A stretch of DNA of 32,855 nucleotides from an uncultured Chthonomonadaceae bacterium (GCA_963835065.1 CAWIEK010000020.1:1-32855); one strand, 5' to 3'. Positions 20,007-29,331 are shown, counted from the first letter of the stretch. Notes: generated by a model not told the origin, from the letters alone. Made by a program: numbers and translations.

Positions 20007-20046
20007 CAAATACTATGAATAGACAGTAATTCGGGAAGGGTCTACG

Positions 20047-21111
20047 ATGGCGCATTTGTTTTCACCGCTTGCTATTCGCGGGGTCGGGTTTCGCAACCGT
20101 ATCATCGTGTCGCCGATGTGCATGTACAGCAGCGAGGACGGGTTTGCCAACGAGTGGCATGTCGTGCATCTGGGCAGTCGCGCCGTTGGCGGCGCGGGAT
20201 TGGTGCTGACCGAAGCGGCGGCGGTGGAAGCGCGGGGCCGCATCAGCCCGCAGGATTTGGGCTTGTATCAGGACGCGCACATCGAACCCCTGCGCCGCAT
20301 CAACCGCTTTATCCACGAACATGGCGCGATTGCGGGCGTTCAACTGGCCCATGCCGGACGCAAGGCAAGCACCGCCCGTCCGTGGGAAGGCGGCAAGCCT
20401 GTCGGCGTTGAACAAGGCGGCTGGCAGCCGGTTGTCGGGCCAAGCGCGATTCCATTTACGGAGGGTTATCAGACGCCGCAGGAATTGGACGAGGCCGATA
20501 TTCAAACCCTCGTTCGCGCCTGGGGCATTGCGGCGCAGCGCGCTTTGGAAGCCGAATTTCAGGTCATCGAAATCCACGCCGCGCACGGCTACCTGCTGCA
20601 CGAGTTTTTATCCCCTCTCAGCAACCGGCGCACAGATCGCTACGGGGGCAGTCTTGCCAACCGCGCCCGCCTGCTTTGCGAGGTTGCTCAGGAGATTCGA
20701 CGCCACTGGCCGGAAAACCTGCCCCTTTTTGCACGACTTTCCGTAACGGATTGGACGGAAGGCGGCTGGGACGCAGAACAGTCTATGGAAGTGGCGCGGC
20801 AATTGAAGTCGTTGGGCGTGGATTTGATAGACTGCTCTTCCGGCGGCAATGTGCCCCGCGCTGAGATTCCCCTCGGACCGGGCTATCAAACCGAGTTTGC
20901 CGCCCGCATCCGGCGCGAGTCGGACATTTTGACGGGCGCGGTTGGCATGATTACCGCGCCCGCGCAGGCAGACCATATTATCCGAACCGGGCAGGCCGAT
21001 ATGGTGCTGCTGGCGCGCGAACTGCTGCGCGATCCTTACTGGCCGTGCCGCGCCGCCCAGGAACTGCGTCAGGAGATTCCCTCACCGCCGCAGTATGCGC
21101 GTTCGTGGTAA
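20047..21111 (+). CDS. namA: NADH:flavin oxidoreductase, YqjM/NamA-like Old Yellow Enzyme
   Basis: SPMCMYS, QLAHAGRKAS, IHAAHGYLLHEFLSP, RELLRDPYW and C-terminal QYAR. Confidence 0.9.
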   Translation: MAHLFSPLAIRGVGFRNRIIVSPMCMYSSEDGFANEWHVVHLGSRAVGGAGLVLTEAAAVEARGRISPQDLGLYQDAHIEPLRRINRFIHEHGAIAGVQLAHAGRKASTARPWEGGKPVGVEQGGWQPVVGPSAIPFTEGYQTPQELDEADIQTLVRAWGIAAQRALEAEFQVIEIHAAHGYLLHEFLSPLSNRRTDRYGGSLANRARLLCEVAQEIRRHWPENLPLFARLSVTDWTEGGWDAEQSMEVARQLKSLGVDLIDCSSGGNVPRAEIPLGPGYQTEFAARIRRESDILTGAVGMITAPAQADHIIRTGQADMVLLARELLRDPYWPCRAAQELRQEIPSPPQYARSW

Positions 21112-21141
21112 TCGCTTTATAAATTTTAGGAGACAACCATC

Positions 21142-22095
21142 GTGCCGCCTGCTCCTGTATTATCTCCGACGCTGCCGTTTCTCTCGTTTTCGCGGGAGGA
21201 GTGGGCGCAGTTGCGGGCGTCTACGCCGCTGACGCTGACCGAAGCGGATTTGAACGCCCTGCGCGGCATCAATGAGCGCATTTCGTTGCAGGAAGTGGAA
21301 GCCATTCACCTGCCGATTTCGCGCCTGCTGAATCTGTATGTCACGGCCACGCAGCAACTGCATCGCGTCACGTCCACGTTTTTGGACAGCCCCGCGCCAA
21401 AAGTGCCGTATGTGATCGGGTTGGCGGGCAGTGTGGCGGTGGGCAAAAGCACGACCGCCCGTATCCTGCAAGCCCTGCTGTCGCGCTGGCCCGCGCATCC
21501 GCATGTGGATTTGGTGACGACGGACGGCTTTTTGTACCCGAACGCGACCCTCAAAGAGCGCGGCATTATGCACCGCAAAGGCTTTCCCGAAAGTTACGAT
21601 TTGCGGCGACTGGTGCGCTTTGTGCGCGACGTGAAATCCGGCGGCGAACCTGTGACGGCTCCCATCTATTCGCACCTGCGCTATGACATTGTGCCGGACA
21701 AATTGCAGACCGTAAACCAGCCCGACATTCTGATTCTGGAAGGCTTGAACGTTTTGCAGCGCGGCGAGTCGAGTGGCGAATCGTCGCGCGTTCTGGTGTC
21801 CGACTTTTTCGATTTTTCGCTGTACGTGGACGCGGAAGAAGCCGACATCGAGCAATGGTTTCTGGAGCGTTTCTTCCGCCTGCGCGAAACGGCCTTTCAA
21901 GACACGGCTTCGTTCTTCCACCACTACGCCGAATTGTCTGCGGAACAAGCCGAAGATACCGCCCGCGACATTTGGAAGCGCATCAACGGCGTAAACCTGC
22001 GCGAAAACATCCTCCCCACCCGCGAACGCGCCAACCTCATCCTGCAAAAGAGCGCAAGCCACGCCGTTCAGCGCGTGTGGCTGCGCAAACTCTAA
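21142..22095 (+). CDS. coaA: Type I pantothenate kinase
   Basis: [33 protein letters not shown] and NILPTRERA. Confidence 0.96.
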   Translation: MPPAPVLSPTLPFLSFSREEWAQLRASTPLTLTEADLNALRGINERISLQEVEAIHLPISRLLNLYVTATQQLHRVTSTFLDSPAPKVPYVIGLAGSVAVGKSTTARILQALLSRWPAHPHVDLVTTDGFLYPNATLKERGIMHRKGFPESYDLRRLVRFVRDVKSGGEPVTAPIYSHLRYDIVPDKLQTVNQPDILILEGLNVLQRGESSGESSRVLVSDFFDFSLYVDAEEADIEQWFLERFFRLRETAFQDTASFFHHYAELSAEQAEDTARDIWKRINGVNLRENILPTRERANLILQKSASHAVQRVWLRKL

Positions 22096-22179
22096 TTTTC
22101 CACATAAACGCAGCCTCTTTGAAATTCAAGCAGGAATTGTCAGCCTGTCCATGCAATAGATACGGCAATTACTGTTTCG

Positions 22180-22284
22180 TTGTCTTGAACCATGATTTCA
22201 CATGATTGTTGTGATTACCATGAGGACGTGCCTCCTAAAATCATGTTAATCTCATAAATCATGTGAAATCATGGTTCAAGACAA
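22180..22284. repeat. Palindromic element with perfect 28-bp arms
   Basis: TTGTCTTGAACCATGATTTCACATGATT / AATCATGTGAAATCATGGTTCAAGACAA. Confidence 0.85.
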
Positions 22285-22315
22285 GGAACTGCATCTTTAT
22301 CCCCGGAGGACTGCT

Positions 22316-23224
22316 ATGAACCTGTTCCTGCGCTGTTCTGCTCTGCTTGCCGTTTTCTTTTGCTGTGGTATTGTTCCCTTGTGTGCGCAGCAGAAGGAAG
22401 ACGGCGGCAAAATCGTTGTGGAAAACGATGTGGAGTACGCCAATCCCGACAATCAGCATTTGATGGTGGATATGGCGCGGCCTGCGGAGGGGAAGGGGCC
22501 GTTTCCCGCCGTGCTGTGCATTCACGGGGGCGGGTTTCGGGCGGGAGACAGACACGGCTATGACGGGCTGATACGGGAATTTGCCAGGCGGGGCTATGTG
22601 GCCGCAACGGTGGAGTATCGCCTGACGCCCAAGTACCCGTTTCCCGCTGCGATTCACGATGTGAAAGCGGCTGTGCGCTGGCTGCGGGGCAATGCCGCCA
22701 AATACCACATTGACCCGGAGCGCATCGGCGTGACGGGCGGTTCGGCGGGCGGGCATCTGGCGCAGTTTTTGGGCGTGACAGCGGACGTTGCCGAATTCGA
22801 GGGCAGGGCAGAAAACGAGGGCAACTACGATCAGTCCAGCCGCGTGACGTGCGTGGTCAACAATTACGGGCCGAGCGATTTCACCAAATCCTACGGCAAA
22901 AGCGTGGACGCGGCGGAAGTGCTGCCCATGTTTTTGGGCGGCAATCTGGAGCAGGCGCGGCAAAAGCATATTCTCGCCAGTCCGCTCTACTGGGTCACGC
23001 CCCACGCCGCGCCGACCCTGTGCGTTCACGGAACCAAAGACAATTATGTGGCTTACGAGCAGGCCGTGTGGCTTGTGGACAAATTGAAAGCGGCGGGCGT
23101 GGAAGCCGAACTGCTCACATTGGAAGGCGCGGGACACGGTTTCAGCGGCGAAGCCGCGCAAAAAGCCGACGCCGCCATGTTCGCTTTCTTTAACAAACAT
23201 CTCAAACCGCAGCCGTCGCTATGA
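22316..23224 (+). CDS. Secreted alpha/beta hydrolase (family IV / BD-FAE-like esterase)
   Basis: GGAGG RBS, signal peptide, HGGGF, GGSAGG nucleophile elbow, HGTKD and GHGF. Confidence 0.9.
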   Translation: MNLFLRCSALLAVFFCCGIVPLCAQQKEDGGKIVVENDVEYANPDNQHLMVDMARPAEGKGPFPAVLCIHGGGFRAGDRHGYDGLIREFARRGYVAATVEYRLTPKYPFPAAIHDVKAAVRWLRGNAAKYHIDPERIGVTGGSAGGHLAQFLGVTADVAEFEGRAENEGNYDQSSRVTCVVNNYGPSDFTKSYGKSVDAAEVLPMFLGGNLEQARQKHILASPLYWVTPHAAPTLCVHGTKDNYVAYEQAVWLVDKLKAAGVEAELLTLEGAGHGFSGEAAQKADAAMFAFFNKHLKPQPSL

Positions 23225-23284
23225 ACAAAACTGTTAAAGCGGGGAGGGTTTCAGCGCATTTGCATGCAGCCGTGAGGGCGTTGG

Positions 23285-23435
23285 AAAAAGGATATGTAGA
23301 GTCATCGTCGAAATCTTGGCAATACAGCGCTTCCAGCCCGATGTCTCGTTGTGTCTGATTGTCGAAGAGAGGCGTCGTGACCTCAAAAGCGTCAGGGCGA
23401 ACGGGAGGGTTGGAACATAGGTATGCACCTCCTTT
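23285..23435 (-). ncRNA. Unassigned structured RNA / 8-codon ORF element, copy 2
   Basis: Match to 11122-11271; SD, ATG 23418 to TGA 23392 (MFQPSRSP); no downstream gene on this strand. Confidence 0.55.
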
Positions 23436-23461
23436 GCGGAATAGTAGACACTTGTGCTTTA

Positions 23462-23490
23462 TAGACTGCGTTTGTGGGGCAAAGGTTTCC
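23462..23490 (-). promoter_or_regulatory. Putative ECF promoter for element copy 2
   Basis: GGAAACCTT…GTCTA (AAC-N18-GTCT) on the minus strand. Confidence 0.5.
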
Positions 23491-23603
23491 TGTTTTCGCG
23501 TTGTGAGGCACTTTTTTTTAGATATTTTATGCGGCATGGCTGCTGTTGGGATTGCGTGGGAACGGGGAGAGCAGCGGGCAAAAAACCGACACCACCTGAA
23601 GTT

Positions 23604-23716
23604 GGGTGCAGCAAGCAACGCCTCTAAAGTTGGGCGCAGCAAGCAGCGCCCCTACGAACGCAAGCGCAGCAAGCAGCGCCCCTACGAGCGCAAGCGCAGC
23701 ACGCAACGCCCCTACG
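23604..23716 (-). repeat. Four tandem GTAG-type REP units
   Basis: GCGCAGCAAGCAGCGCCCCTAC-like units at 28-30 bp period, immediately before the lactate permease start. Confidence 0.85.
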
Positions 23717-23735
23717 AGCGCAAGGAAGCGTTTCT

Positions 23736-25421
23736 ATGATCTATACCCAAAACTACCATCCGCTTTCCTCGGTTCCGCTGTGTATTCTGCTGGCCGCTCT
23801 GCCCGTGCTGGTGCTGTTCGCGCTGCTGGTGGTCAAACGCGCCCCTGTGCCGATTGCCGCTGCGGGTGGAGCGTTGGCGGCGTTTGTGGTTGCCATTGCG
23901 GTTTATGGGATGCCCGTTGGCATGGCGACGATGGCGTTTATGAATGGGGCTTTGTTCGCCCTGCTGCCTATCGGGTATGTGCTGGCGGGGGCGATGCTGC
24001 TGTACAACATCACGGTGGAAACGGGCTGTTTTGCGCGGATTAAAGAGTCGGTTGCGGGCTTGTCGCCGGATCATCGGCTGCAGGCCGTGCTGATCGCGTT
24101 TTGTTTCGGGGCGTTTTTGGAGGGCGCGGCGGGAGCGGGTACGCCCGTTGCCATCTGCGCGGCCATGCTGGTCGGGCTGGGGTTCAAGCCATTTCAGGCG
24201 GCGTTTTTGTGTTTGATTGCCAATACCTCGCCCGTTGCGTATGGCGGGTTTGGGACGCCCCTGCTCACGCTGCAAGGCGTCACGGGACTGGACATTCGCG
24301 CTCTGAGCCACATGGCGGGCAATCAACTGCCCATTCTGTCGTGCATCATTCCCCTGTGGCTGGTGCGCAGCATGTGCGGCTGGCGGGAAACGCGGGAAGC
24401 CCTGCCTGCCATTGTGGTCGCGGGCGGCTCGTTCGCGCTGTGCCAGTTCCTATTCGCGCACTCGCCCTATTACGCGCTGACCGATCTGGCGGGCGGCTTG
24501 ATTTCGCTTGTGCTGACGGGCGGGTTTTTGCGCATCTGGAAACCCCGGCGGACGTGGCGCTACGAGGCGCGTAATCTGGAGGGGCGCGAAGACGAGATTG
24601 CCGCCGTACACCAGATTGGCGAAAACATCGCGCCCCGCGTCAGTCTCAAAGCAACGCTGTCGGCGTGGATGCCGTTTATCGTGCTGTGCGTGCTGATGGT
24701 GGGTATCGGAACCAACAAAGCAAGGCTGGACAGCCTGCAAATCGGGCCGATCCGGGGCCTGTACGAACTGCATCTGCACGGACTGGACAGGCAGGTACAG
24801 CGCACTCCGCCCGTTGTGGAAACGAACACGCTGGAGCCTGCCGTCTTCAAATTGAACTGGATTACCACGCCCGGAACTTCCGTTCTGCTGGCTGTCCTGC
24901 TCGTATTGAAACTGCTGAAAGTAACGCGCCTGCAATTTCGCGCCGCCCTGAAACGCACCACGCTGCAAATGCGGGTTCCCATTCCCACCATTATCTTCAT
25001 GCTCGGTCTGGGTTCCATTACGCGGCTTGGGGGATTGGACGCGACATTGGGCATGGCGTTCAAGAACACGGGCGTCTTTTATCCGTTTTTCGCGGCCCTG
25101 CTCGGCTGGCTCGGCGTGTTTCTGACGGGCACGGACGCGGGCAGCAACGCCCTGTTCGGCAGCCTGCAAAAGATCACGGCTTTGCAGTTGCATCTCAGCC
25201 CGATTTTGATTTGCGTGGCGAACTCATCCGGCGGCGTAATGGGCAAAATGATTGACGCGCAATCCATCTGCGTCGCCACCTCGGCAACGGAACAGGTCGG
25301 CACGGAAGCCGACATTTTCAAAGTCGTGCTGCGTCACAGCATCGTTCTGGCCGCGATCATGGGCCTGATCGTCCTGCTGCAAGCCTACGTCTACCCCTTT
25401 ACCTTGATGGTTCCGCATTGA
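23736..25421 (+). CDS. lctP: L-lactate permease
   Basis: FGAFLEGAAGAGTP, ANTSPVAYG, FLTGTDAGSNALFG and GGVMGKMI; many TM segments. Confidence 0.92.
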   Translation: MIYTQNYHPLSSVPLCILLAALPVLVLFALLVVKRAPVPIAAAGGALAAFVVAIAVYGMPVGMATMAFMNGALFALLPIGYVLAGAMLLYNITVETGCFARIKESVAGLSPDHRLQAVLIAFCFGAFLEGAAGAGTPVAICAAMLVGLGFKPFQAAFLCLIANTSPVAYGGFGTPLLTLQGVTGLDIRALSHMAGNQLPILSCIIPLWLVRSMCGWRETREALPAIVVAGGSFALCQFLFAHSPYYALTDLAGGLISLVLTGGFLRIWKPRRTWRYEARNLEGREDEIAAVHQIGENIAPRVSLKATLSAWMPFIVLCVLMVGIGTNKARLDSLQIGPIRGLYELHLHGLDRQVQRTPPVVETNTLEPAVFKLNWITTPGTSVLLAVLLVLKLLKVTRLQFRAALKRTTLQMRVPIPTIIFMLGLGSITRLGGLDATLGMAFKNTGVFYPFFAALLGWLGVFLTGTDAGSNALFGSLQKITALQLHLSPILICVANSSGGVMGKMIDAQSICVATSATEQVGTEADIFKVVLRHSIVLAAIMGLIVLLQAYVYPFTLMVPH

Positions 25422-25460
25422 TGAGATAACCCTCCTACGCAGATTAGGGATCAAGCGGTG

Positions 25461-25529
25461 TGCCATGTGCATCCGCTGATAGTGAATCATCTGGCAGATG
25501 TCATTTCGCCTAATCAGCCTACTGTAATG
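25461..25529 (+). pseudogene. Degenerate fragment of an anti-sigma factor gene
   Basis: Translates CHVHPLIVNHLADVISPNQPTVM versus CHVRSLMVNHLADVASSNQHTVK at 30472-30540 (53/69 nt identical). Confidence 0.75.
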
Positions 25530-25538
25530 GGGGCTATT

Positions 25539-25937
25539 TCATGCGCTTAGGTTACTGAGTTGCTGAATCAGCGTACGCACCGGCTCTGCCTGCAAAAACT
25601 CCTTTAACGTTGCTTTCAGTTCAACCTCATCGGCACACTCCTGCATATTGTTGCCACCCGGAAACACGCGAATCGGCTTCCCGGAAAGCGGAACATAGGC
25701 GCGCAGCAAGGTTTCCTCATAGCTGCGCGCGCTTGAACTGATAATCACCCGGTACTCCTGACCGTACTCCACATTGGGGAAGCCTTTTTCGAGCCAACTG
25801 CGTACCGTATGATCCGTCGCGATTTCGATAGCTTCCGACACTTCGCGCAAGATGTTGACGGCGGGTTGCGTGTTGTCCGGCATCGGATTGCGCAAGACGT
25901 CGACAAACTCATTCGTATTGATCATTTGTGTCTCCAC
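25539..25937 (-). CDS. Hypothetical protein (132 aa) downstream of the EEP nuclease
   Basis: Protein-like ORF co-oriented with the EEP gene; the start may be the ATG at 25925. Confidence 0.7.
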   Translation of the reverse strand: METQMINTNEFVDVLRNPMPDNTQPAVNILREVSEAIEIATDHTVRSWLEKGFPNVEYGQEYRVIISSSARSYEETLLRAYVPLSGKPIRVFPGGNNMQECADEVELKATLKEFLQAEPVRTLIQQLSNLSA

Positions 25938-25987
25938 GTACTTCCACTCTGTGTCTTTAAGGGTCTGTAAATCTATAACTTCCCGGA

Positions 25988-26023
25988 GGGCACAACATAG
26001 GACACAACATGTTGTGCCCCTAC
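25988..26023 (-). repeat. GTAG-type REP variant
   Basis: GGGCACAACAT…ATGTTGTGCCC followed by CTAC. Confidence 0.7.
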
Positions 26024-26126
26024 AATCGGGAACTTATACTTTTACGAACCCTAAGCAGAGGGGCGCTGAAAGTTCGTAGTTCCTGCATCCCTATCCACTA
26101 CGAATTATCACCTATCAACGGTTTAG

Positions 26127-27062
26127 TTACTCATTCGTCTCGAAAATCGCTCCAATAGCCATGTGGTCCGAACAATTTCCTATAGGCATGGTTCTGGTCA
26201 AAGAGGATTCGAGGAAGCGCAAGAAACCTCCTTCTGCAAGCGCCTCCTCGGAAACCATAAGTTGATCGAAAACACGCCATTCATCGTTGCAGTAGGTTCC
26301 GGGCGGCAGGGAAGTTTCGCTGTCTGCTGTGTCCTGCGACAGATCGTGCAGCCAGCGCCATGTCGGATTGTAAAAATACGCTTTCCTGTTGCTTGGGCGC
26401 GACACGAGGCTTCTATCGCGCACAGCGCGCAGGTCATTCTCCGGCAGTCCTCGGAAGGGACGATCAAACGGCTCGCAGTTGAAGTCTCCAATGAGCAGCA
26501 TCGGCTGATCGCGGTACTCAGGTTTGATTTTGAGTTCCAATCGCAGTTTGCCGATTTCGCTCGCGCTCTGAACCCGCTCCGGTTCCGTTGTATCGGGTCC
26601 AAAACGAAACGCAGATATCCAATGGTTGAGAACCAGCCAGAACTGCAAAGGCGTGTTGAGTTGCTGTAGCGTGAAATGAACCACAATCCATTTCGCGCGT
26701 TGCTGCGTGTTTTGCGGGTTGATATTATACCGGTTCGCTTTCGGGTCTATGCGTACTGTTAAAGGATTGTACAGCAGCATCAAACCCGTTTCCGTATTCC
26801 TGTTTTCGCGTGTGGGAACACCACTCCACATCGTGTTATAGAAGTGGGGTTGTATCGCTTCCGCAAGTTGTTTTCCCAACTCTTCTGTAGCAACTTCACA
26901 TAGCCCCATGATTTCAGGCGGCCTACCATCGAAAAGCGCGTGAATCGTAGCGGCTAACTGCGCGATACGTGTGTCGAGCGCATCCTGAGTTTGTGAACTT
27001 CGGTCGCGCAAGCCAACCGGATAAAGGTTCATGCAGTTGATAAACCCGATGCGAAATTTCAT
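26127..27062 (-). CDS. Endonuclease/exonuclease/phosphatase (EEP) family protein
   Basis: N-terminal FINCMNL, GLCEV, NHW, IGDFNCEP, FDQLMVS and SDH motifs; no signal peptide. Confidence 0.9.
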   Translation of the reverse strand: MKFRIGFINCMNLYPVGLRDRSSQTQDALDTRIAQLAATIHALFDGRPPEIMGLCEVATEELGKQLAEAIQPHFYNTMWSGVPTRENRNTETGLMLLYNPLTVRIDPKANRYNINPQNTQQRAKWIVVHFTLQQLNTPLQFWLVLNHWISAFRFGPDTTEPERVQSASEIGKLRLELKIKPEYRDQPMLLIGDFNCEPFDRPFRGLPENDLRAVRDRSLVSRPSNRKAYFYNPTWRWLHDLSQDTADSETSLPPGTYCNDEWRVFDQLMVSEEALAEGGFLRFLESSLTRTMPIGNCSDHMAIGAIFETNE

Positions 27063-27179
27063 TGTAACAGAACAGTCGAAATTAGAAACGCGTCTAAGAA
27101 GTATGCGCGATGGGAAGCCGGAGAATGGTCAACTCACAGCATAGTATACACGGTTTTGACCTATAATTTCTCTAACGGC

Positions 27180-27317
27180 GCAACGGAACAGGTCGGCACG
27201 GAAGCCGACATTTTCAAAGTCGTTCTGCGTCACAGCATTGTTCTGGCAGCGATTATGGGCTTGATTGTCCTGCTGCAAGCCTACGTGTACCCCTTCACCC
27301 TGATGGCTCCGCACTAA
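27180..27317 (+). repeat. Duplicated 3' end (46 codons) of the lactate permease gene
   Basis: 138-bp ungapped match to 25284-25421 with 12 differences, 11 of them synonymous. Confidence 0.95.
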
Positions 27318-27396
27318 CGTGTATTTCGCGTGTTGCGAGAATTTCGAGTAGGTGGTACTATGGGATCAGGATTACGTTTGTGTAAGGAGAAACCCT

Positions 27397-27867
27397 ATGT
27401 CGAACCTACTTGCCGGCTCTGTCCGTCCCTTGTCTTTGCCGGAACAAGAAACGATGCTCGCCCGTAGTTCCAGCAACGCGCTCGCGGATTTCGATGCAGC
27501 CGGCCCGCCCCTGACGCTCAAATTTGAAAATCCGCAAACCGGGCAGCAGATCGAAACCCTCGTTCCCGCCACAGCGGTTCGCGTTTTAGCGGATGTACTC
27601 GCCCGCATGGCAGAAGGGCAATCGGTGACGCTCGTTCCGCTTCTTGCCGAACTCAGCACCCAACAGGCCGCCGAACTTTTGAATGTTTCCCGGCCTTACT
27701 TCATCAAGCTGCTGGAAGAAGGCAAGATGCCGTTTCGCAAAGTAGGCGAACAGCGGCGTATCCGCTACCAAGATTTGCAGTGTTACATGGAAGCGTATAA
27801 AAAGGCGGCGAACGCCACACTGGAAGAGATGACGGCAGAAGCCGAGAGTATGGGATTGTACAAATGA
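27397..27867 (+). CDS. Excisionase-family HTH protein (putative antitoxin)
   Basis: AAGGAG RBS; ELSTQQAAELLNVSRPYFIKLLEEGKMPFRKVG; ATGA overlap with the PIN gene. Confidence 0.88.
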   Translation: MSNLLAGSVRPLSLPEQETMLARSSSNALADFDAAGPPLTLKFENPQTGQQIETLVPATAVRVLADVLARMAEGQSVTLVPLLAELSTQQAAELLNVSRPYFIKLLEEGKMPFRKVGEQRRIRYQDLQCYMEAYKKAANATLEEMTAEAESMGLYK

Positions 27868-28064
27868 CGGCGGCGGTTTTGGATGCGTGTGTGCTGTATT
27901 CGGCCTTCCTGCGCGACCTGTTCATGCGCCTTGCCATTGGCTTCGTGTTTCAGCCCAAATGGACGGCGCAAATACAGGACGAGTGGATACGTAACGTTCT
28001 GCTGAACCGCCCCGATTTGACGCGCTCCCAATTGGAGCGTACCCGCGTTCAGGAGAAAATCTAA
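27864..28064 (+). pseudogene. Truncated PIN-domain toxin
   Basis: AVLDACVLY..LRDL..RLA…PKWT..IQDEW matches the N-terminus of PIN proteins paired with excisionase-like HTH; it stops at 66 aa without the C-terminal Asp motifs. Confidence 0.75.
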
Positions 28065-28072
28065 CAGCAGTG

Positions 28073-28156
28073 CTACTTCGGCGCCCTGATCGAGTGAACG
28101 AACGCGGTCAGCGCTTTGATGTCAACTGCTTTGAATTTACTGCCGAACGCGGGCAT
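28073..28156 (-). pseudogene. C-terminal remnant of a c-type cytochrome
   Basis: MPAFGSKFKAVDIKALTAFVHSIRAPK*, resembling the distal Met-ligand segment and last helix; no CxxCH. Confidence 0.55.
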
Positions 28157-28163
28157 TTCTCCC

Positions 28164-29204
28164 CTATGCCAGGGAAGAATCGACAATCGCCAGGTTGTGT
28201 TTGCCTGCGACGTAGTTGACGGTAGTGATACCCAGCGCCTCGCGCAGCTTCTCCGCCGGCACTTTCATCGGGCCGGGGCTGGCGGCCTTACCGGGTTCCG
28301 GCTGCGGAAAGGCTGTAGAGGCCGCCGTGTGAAACGTGACAGCGCCTTCCACTTTCTGCATCGTCTGGTGGATATGCCCGTTGAGTACCGTCACGGAGCC
28401 GAACCTCTTGAGCAAGGCAAGGACCTGCGCGCCATCGCTCGTGCCCCAGCCCCAATCCGGGTAAACCATCCAGAGTGGGATGTGGGCGAAGACGATGATG
28501 GGCGTACTGGCGCGCTGACCTTTCAAATCCTGCTTGAGCCATGCCACTTGCTTTTCCCCCAGGCTGCCCAGGCCGTTCGTCTTGAAGTCCATCACGTTCA
28601 CCAGGCCGATGAAATGAACGCCCTTCTGGTCGAAACTGTACCAGCCGTCCCCCCGCGTTTCCTTCGCGTAGCGCTCTCTGTAGAGCTTGCCGTCGTCGCC
28701 GGTCACATCGTGTTCACCCGGCACATAGAACACGCGGTCAACTTTTGATGCCTTCAGCAGTTGATCCGATGTATCGAACTGTTCCGCAGTGGCGAGATGG
28801 GTAATGTCGCCGGTATGGAGCAGGAACGAAGGCGTGACCGGCAGGGCGTTGATTTTCGCGATGGCTGCCTGCAAAGTGCCCGTCACATCCGGGTTGGCAG
28901 GCTTGCTGAACCCCAGGTGGCTGTCGCTGAGCTGCACAAAACTCAGGTCGCCCTGCGGGGCCGCTTTTACGCGCGGGTCCGCCAGACTTCGGGAGGAGAG
29001 AACGCCCCCGGTAATCGTGCAAAGCAGGCCGGTTCCGGCCCACGCCATGCACTCCAAAAATCCGCGCCGATCAATGCCGTCCGCCTGCTCGGTGTTTTCC
29101 AGCCCGGCGTTTTCCGGTTCGCGGTTTTGCTGTTCCGCGTCTTCTTTTTCCCTGTTCCCCTGCGCTTTATTTCCCCGCGCTTCTTTTTCCGTTCGGTTGT
29201 GCAT
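28164..29204 (-). CDS. Tat-exported metallophosphoesterase (Icc/CpdA-like)
   Basis: DRRGFL Tat motif; DSH, TGD, GEHD, AHIP and GHIH motifs; AAGGAG before ATG 29204 (alternative start 29228). Confidence 0.88.
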   Translation of the reverse strand: MHNRTEKEARGNKAQGNREKEDAEQQNREPENAGLENTEQADGIDRRGFLECMAWAGTGLLCTITGGVLSSRSLADPRVKAAPQGDLSFVQLSDSHLGFSKPANPDVTGTLQAAIAKINALPVTPSFLLHTGDITHLATAEQFDTSDQLLKASKVDRVFYVPGEHDVTGDDGKLYRERYAKETRGDGWYSFDQKGVHFIGLVNVMDFKTNGLGSLGEKQVAWLKQDLKGQRASTPIIVFAHIPLWMVYPDWGWGTSDGAQVLALLKRFGSVTVLNGHIHQTMQKVEGAVTFHTAASTAFPQPEPGKAASPGPMKVPAEKLREALGITTVNYVAGKHNLAIVDSSLA

Positions 29205-29274
29205 CCTGTCGCTCCTTGTATTGGACATCGCCCTTGTTGCGCCGCATGGAAGTGTCTCCTCCCATGTTCCCTCC

Positions 29275-29303
29275 AGACTGATGTAAGCGCCGGTTTATTC
29301 CCG
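29275..29303 (-). promoter_or_regulatory. ECF promoter for the metallophosphoesterase
   Basis: CGGGAATAAAC-N12-CAGTCT on the minus strand. Confidence 0.75.
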
Positions 29304-29331
29304 GCAAGCAAAAACAAAAAACGCCACAACG

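Noticed and set aside
11122..23435. DGR template/variable repeat pair for the duplicated 150-nt element
   Set aside because: Mismatches are not confined to adenines of one copy, and there is no reverse transcriptase in the window.
23604..23716. Possible CRISPR array
   Set aside because: The period is only 28-30 bp with no unique spacers, the units match the REP at 10835, and there are no cas genes.
25284..27317. DGR-type repeat pair in lctP
   Set aside because: The differences are synonymous changes, mostly at third positions, and not adenine-specific.
27397..27867. Prophage excisionase
   Set aside because: It is coupled to a PIN gene in TA arrangement, with no integrase or phage genes.
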